Of a stretch of 39,544 nucleotides of DNA, positions 35,792-39,544 are shown one piece after another. Each line of letters starts with the position of its first letter. The stretch's first letter is position 1. Below the pieces are notes generated by a model. That model was given only the letters and a program-made list of their open reading frames with translations. It had not been told where the DNA came from and did no database searches. The stretch spans positions 1 to 39,544 of the forward strand of contig JAQBRM010000030.1 of the NCBI GenBank assembly GCA_028286485.1, in the 5' to 3' direction. This DNA is from Candidatus Nomurabacteria bacterium (GTDB lineage: Bacteria; Patescibacteriota; Minisyncoccia; Phycocordibacterales; UBA9973). Both the position numbers and the translations under genes were made by a program.

Positions 35792-35887
35792 ATGGAAGCT
35801 ATAAGAAATTGGGCCCTTATACTTTTGGCAGTGTATGGAATATTGTGGCTGATAGCCCTCAAAGACAAACCTTCAAAAGCACCCTAA
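35792..35887 (+). CDS. 31-aa single-TM small protein
   Basis: MEAIRNWALILLAVYGILWLIALKDKPSKAP; upstream TTGACA-N18-TATGGT (35738-35767); downstream terminator. Confidence 0.55.
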   Translation: MEAIRNWALILLAVYGILWLIALKDKPSKAP

Positions 35888-35913
35888 CCGGAAGAAAAAC
35901 AAAAAGTGTAATC

Positions 35914-35944
35914 AAAAAGTTCTCACATAGTGAGAACTTTTTTT
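35914..35944. terminator. Bidirectional terminator (glyQS / small ORF)
   Basis: AAAAAGTTCTCAC-ATA-GTGAGAACTTTTTTT. Confidence 0.85.
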
Positions 35945-37250
35945 ATTGCAATTTTTCTTTGAGAAACATTTCCAGATCGCCGATCGCGACACGATCTTGG
36001 GTGGCAGTGTCACGATCGCGAACCGTCACGGTATCATTCTCCAACGTATCGAAATCCACTGTAATACAGTACGGCGTACCGATTTCATCCTGTCGGCGAT
36101 AACGCTTGCCGATATTGCCGTTGTCGTCCCATGTGACATTACCAAATAGTTTTTTTAATCCACTGTAAACTACACGTGCTTTTTCCATCAACTCAGGTTT
36201 ATTGCGAAGCAATGGTGAGACACAGAGTTTGTAGGGCGCGATCGAAGGACGGAATTTCAAGACCACGCGTTTGTCATCCCCTTCTCCTTCTTCATGATAC
36301 GCACTGGCCAAGACAGCCAAGATAGTTCGGTCCACGCCAAATGTCGGTTCAATGCAGTGCGGTACGATTTTCTCACTGGTTTCGTCATCTACAATATAAA
36401 GTGGTACCTTGCTGGCTTCAGCGTGATTATTCAAATCAAAGTTGGTGCGATAGGCCAAACCGTATAATTCCTTTCGTCCGAATGGAAAATCAAATTCAAA
36501 ATCCACTGTACGTTTGGAGTAGTGTGCTAGGTCGTCCGGTGCTACCTCCAGCTCGTGCACTGATGGGCGAGGAATACCTACCAAATCCATCCATTGGTAC
36601 ATAGCATTCATCCAGTCGGCAAAACGTCCCTGCCAATCTTCTTCCTTTACAAAATACTCGATTTCCATCTGCTCGAATTCACGAGAACGGAAAATAAAAT
36701 CACGCGGTGCGATTTCATTGCGAAAGGCCTTACCGATCTGTCCCAAACCAAAAGGTAATTTCGGATGCAAACTATCCACGACATTCTTGAAATTCACAAA
36801 CATACCCTGTGCTGTTTCTGGGCGCAGGTATGCTGTCGCGTCTTCATCTTCCAATGCACCAACTGTGGTTTTGAACATCATATTGAACTGTCGTGCCTCA
36901 CCGAGACTGCCCTGACATTCCGGACAGACTTCGGTATTTTCCAAGTGATCTGCACGAAACCGTCGTTTGCATTTTGTACATTCCACCAATGGATCAGAAA
37001 ATCCTGCCACGTGTCCTGACGCTTTCCAAACATTTTGATTCATCAAAATAGCAGCATCGACACCGAACATGTCTTCGCGGCCGGTGATAAACATATTCCA
37101 CCACGCATTTTGAATATTGCGTTTCAGCTCACTGCCGAGCGGACCGTAGTCCCATGTACCGGCCAAGCCACCATAGATTTCAGATCCTTGAAAGATAAAA
37201 CCGCGGCGTTTGCAGAGACTGATCAATTGTTCCATTGAGACATTAGACAT
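35943..37250 (-). CDS. glyQS: Glycyl-tRNA synthetase, homodimeric (alpha2) type
   Basis: LCKRRGFIFQGSEIYGG, YLRPETAQG, FRNEIAPRDFIFRSREFEQME, IGKRYRRQDEIGTP. Confidence 0.97.
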   Translation of the reverse strand: MSNVSMEQLISLCKRRGFIFQGSEIYGGLAGTWDYGPLGSELKRNIQNAWWNMFITGREDMFGVDAAILMNQNVWKASGHVAGFSDPLVECTKCKRRFRADHLENTEVCPECQGSLGEARQFNMMFKTTVGALEDEDATAYLRPETAQGMFVNFKNVVDSLHPKLPFGLGQIGKAFRNEIAPRDFIFRSREFEQMEIEYFVKEEDWQGRFADWMNAMYQWMDLVGIPRPSVHELEVAPDDLAHYSKRTVDFEFDFPFGRKELYGLAYRTNFDLNNHAEASKVPLYIVDDETSEKIVPHCIEPTFGVDRTILAVLASAYHEEGEGDDKRVVLKFRPSIAPYKLCVSPLLRNKPELMEKARVVYSGLKKLFGNVTWDDNGNIGKRYRRQDEIGTPYCITVDFDTLENDTVTVRDRDTATQDRVAIGDLEMFLKEKLQ

Positions 37251-37261
37251 ATGTTGTAGGG

Positions 37262-39145
37262 CTATGGTACCACACGCTCCTTGCCGGCGCTATAGACCGG
37301 ATCACTGTCGAGCGAGGTGGTCAGCGGTGAGCGGGTAATGGTCAGGGGCGCATTCACTACCGTATCGGTGCCCACGATGGTGGTTTCTCCCAATAATGGC
37401 AAGGACTGTCCGATCTGCGAGGCGGTTGGCTTGGTCGTAAGCTGGAATGAGACGGTCTTGATTTGCGGCACGCTCGTCGCTTTCGGCAACACTCCGACGT
37501 TCCATGTCACCGTGCGCGTGTCAGGACTGTAGTTTACCGGTTCAGATTGCGGAGAGATTACTCCGGCCCATGTCACACCAAGCGGTAGGACTGCACTGGC
37601 AGTAACGTTAGTCAGGGAATTTTCTGATGGTCGGGCAGTCCATGTCACCGTGTAGCTGGTCGTTTGTCCGGCTTTTGGCGGAAACGGTCCGGTATTTTTT
37701 ATCGGTCCGACGGAATAAAATGCTTGTGACGCGAATTGCAGATGCCCGCTGAAGCGTATGGTCTTCACATCAATATCACTGATGGATTGCTGCGCATTAT
37801 TATTGTCTGGGAAGGTGCCTTGTACGGAGAGGTGAACGCCGATATCACTGGTGTCGGCTTTTTTCGGTGAAAAAGAGAATGCTAATTGTCCAGTTTGTCC
37901 CGGTGCCAATGAAGCCAGTGCCGGATTTGAATCGGCCGTCCATGTCATCGTATTACTGGTCGGATCATAGTAGCCATTCGTTGCCGTGACGGTACCAGTA
38001 TCAACACTGGTACCCGCCAATGAAACCGTGAACGTAGGATTCGTAATGGTTAATGCCGAAGTATTGGACCAAGACACGTTACCGGTAATAGCGTCTCCCA
38101 CCGGTATGGCGGCCACGTCAGTCGACTGTCCATTAAGATTGAGCTGAGCCGCAATAAAGGGTTGAGCCAGCGTAAAGGTGTGCAGCGCGGAATTATAGAC
38201 AGTGGCGATAGTGGTATCCGTGGCACTGACCGGCGTACCGACATAGACACGGAACGACTTCTGTTCATTTTCTTGTCCGGCCAGTTTGCCTTTAATGGTA
38301 ATAGTACGATTGGTGCCATTTTCCAAATCGCCCAATGCCCAGACATTGTTGCCGCCGGTGGGAGCAGGGGTAGCTGAAGCAAAGACGAAACCACTCGGAT
38401 ATTCTACACGGGTAATGGCATTACTGAGCGGTGTATCACCGGTAAAGGCATTATTGATCGTCAGCTCAAACGGCTGGTTGGCGGCAATACTATCGGGACC
38501 CGTCACGGTCAAAGCCAAAGGGCTGGAACTAATAGTGACTGCAAAAGTGGTCTGTTTCTGAAATACGGCGCTGGAATTCTGTAAGCTATAGCTCAGTGTC
38601 GCGGTAATAGTTTGAGTCGTGCCTTGCTGGCCGTACAGCATGATGGAAAAATCCTGACTTTTTGTTTGACCGGCCGCAATAGTGCCGATGACTTGTTCGG
38701 TGTGGACCGTATCATTACCATTGGGATCAGTAGCGCCTTTGGGATAATCAATGGCAACCTTGGCATTCAATAAACCGGCGGAGTTGCTGTTGGCGATTTC
38801 CACTTGGAGCGGCAGCGTGCTGCCGGCTGCCACGAACGCATTGCCTAAAATAGAGACGTCCACATTCTTGCTGGATAATGTCAGCGCACCGCGGTAGAAA
38901 CTAAATGCCGCGCCGCCCAATGCGATGAGGAAAAAAATAAATGAGAAAATAAAAAATCGTCGATAGCCGGTGACAGTACCGGCATGATTTTTTTTATCAT
39001 TCGGAATAGTGGTCTCTCCCCATGTCGAAGTGACATTCTGTCGGACCGGCCGCAAAATACCGAATGTTCGTTTCGGTACATTCTCGGGGTCACGGGCATA
39101 CAATCGCTTCTCCAGTTCGGCGATGTGATCGATTTCATCGGGCAT
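37262..39145 (-). CDS. Membrane-anchored extracellular protein with repeated Ig-like/DUF11-like beta domains
   Basis: Single N-terminal TM (FFIFSFIFFLIALGGAAFSF), Thr/Ser-rich beta repeats, GPFPPKAGQTTSYTVTW, RTVTWNVG. Confidence 0.75.
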   Translation of the reverse strand: MPDEIDHIAELEKRLYARDPENVPKRTFGILRPVRQNVTSTWGETTIPNDKKNHAGTVTGYRRFFIFSFIFFLIALGGAAFSFYRGALTLSSKNVDVSILGNAFVAAGSTLPLQVEIANSNSAGLLNAKVAIDYPKGATDPNGNDTVHTEQVIGTIAAGQTKSQDFSIMLYGQQGTTQTITATLSYSLQNSSAVFQKQTTFAVTISSSPLALTVTGPDSIAANQPFELTINNAFTGDTPLSNAITRVEYPSGFVFASATPAPTGGNNVWALGDLENGTNRTITIKGKLAGQENEQKSFRVYVGTPVSATDTTIATVYNSALHTFTLAQPFIAAQLNLNGQSTDVAAIPVGDAITGNVSWSNTSALTITNPTFTVSLAGTSVDTGTVTATNGYYDPTSNTMTWTADSNPALASLAPGQTGQLAFSFSPKKADTSDIGVHLSVQGTFPDNNNAQQSISDIDVKTIRFSGHLQFASQAFYSVGPIKNTGPFPPKAGQTTSYTVTWTARPSENSLTNVTASAVLPLGVTWAGVISPQSEPVNYSPDTRTVTWNVGVLPKATSVPQIKTVSFQLTTKPTASQIGQSLPLLGETTIVGTDTVVNAPLTITRSPLTTSLDSDPVYSAGKERVVP

Positions 39146-39157
39146 GCCTATAGTATA

Positions 39158-39544
39158 TCAAAGATGGCTGTAATGTATCGCATCGGTGGCGCTCTGTATC
39201 AATTTTTTAATGCGCCGGTCATCCATCTCTGCCAACGCTTGATCGAGTGGTAACGTGAACAGTATTTCATCTTCGGCCGGCACTGCCACGTAGCCCAACA
39301 ATACCAACACTTTCCACAGCGACAATGCGTCAAACGCGCGCGCGTCTCCCTGCTCGGCTTGTGCGATCAGGCCGCAGGCAATGATGTGATCGAATAATTC
39401 CGGATGAGTGCCTTCGCCGGTCAGGAAACGTTCCAACAGTCCCAAGGTACGGACATACGAGCGCCCCAAAGCACTTCGTGCTTTGGGGCGCAACACCACC
39501 TCCTTGACCCTCGCACTGATCAACCGCCAGGTACTTTTACCCTT
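39158..39544 (-). CDS. recO: DNA repair protein RecO-like (5'-truncated by the window edge)
   Basis: Frame is open to the edge: KGKSTWRLISA...LLERFLTGEGTHPELFD...VLVLLGY, resembling the short CPR RecO. Confidence 0.7.
   Translation of the reverse strand, partial: KGKSTWRLISARVKEVVLRPKARSALGRSYVRTLGLLERFLTGEGTHPELFDHIIACGLIAQAEQGDARAFDALSLWKVLVLLGYVAVPAEDEILFTLPLDQALAEMDDRRIKKLIQSATDAIHYSHL

Noticed and set aside
1-39544. CRISPR array, tRNA/rRNA, integrase/transposase, DGR
   Set aside because: No regularly spaced repeats, cloverleafs, recombinase or reverse transcriptase ORF, or TR/VR pair were seen. The Avd-like fold guess for 22752..23411 does not imply a DGR.

Overview
This window looks like a Patescibacteria (CPR, probably Parcubacteria) chromosome segment using standard code 11. 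That assignment is inferred from the short RecO, homodimeric GlyRS, non-canonical EF-P loop, PG-binding surface protein and near-absence of Shine-Dalgarno leaders. Gene order: rplJ-rplL with an L10 leader; a hicB-hicA pair; two cupredoxin-like paralogs; a ~14.4 kb convergent Wzx/Wzy-type glycan locus (priming transferase, flippase, GT2s, a GT11-GT17 fusion, FkbM, epimerase, glf, GT11, two O-antigen ligase/polymerase-family proteins); an AT-rich AlbA_2/Schlafen insert; a class A beta-lactamase-like protein; a 696-aa S-layer-like protein with a ~390-nt structured leader; a four-helix-bundle/wHTH regulator in a GGACA-repeat cluster divergent from ftsK; then recA, efp, rpsF-ssb-rpsR, tatD, metG, an AI-2E transporter, an M16 peptidase, glyQS and partial recO. 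The strongest unexplained signal is a 50-bp double-hairpin element with three compensatory base-pair changes, found in the same reading frame inside both ftsK and metG. Other REP-like palindromes sit inside the M16 peptidase gene and the L10 leader. The wHTH/GGACA module and two long structured leaders also stand out in a region where many mRNAs look leaderless. No tRNA, rRNA, CRISPR array or transposase was seen. All calls are by eye; no searches were run.
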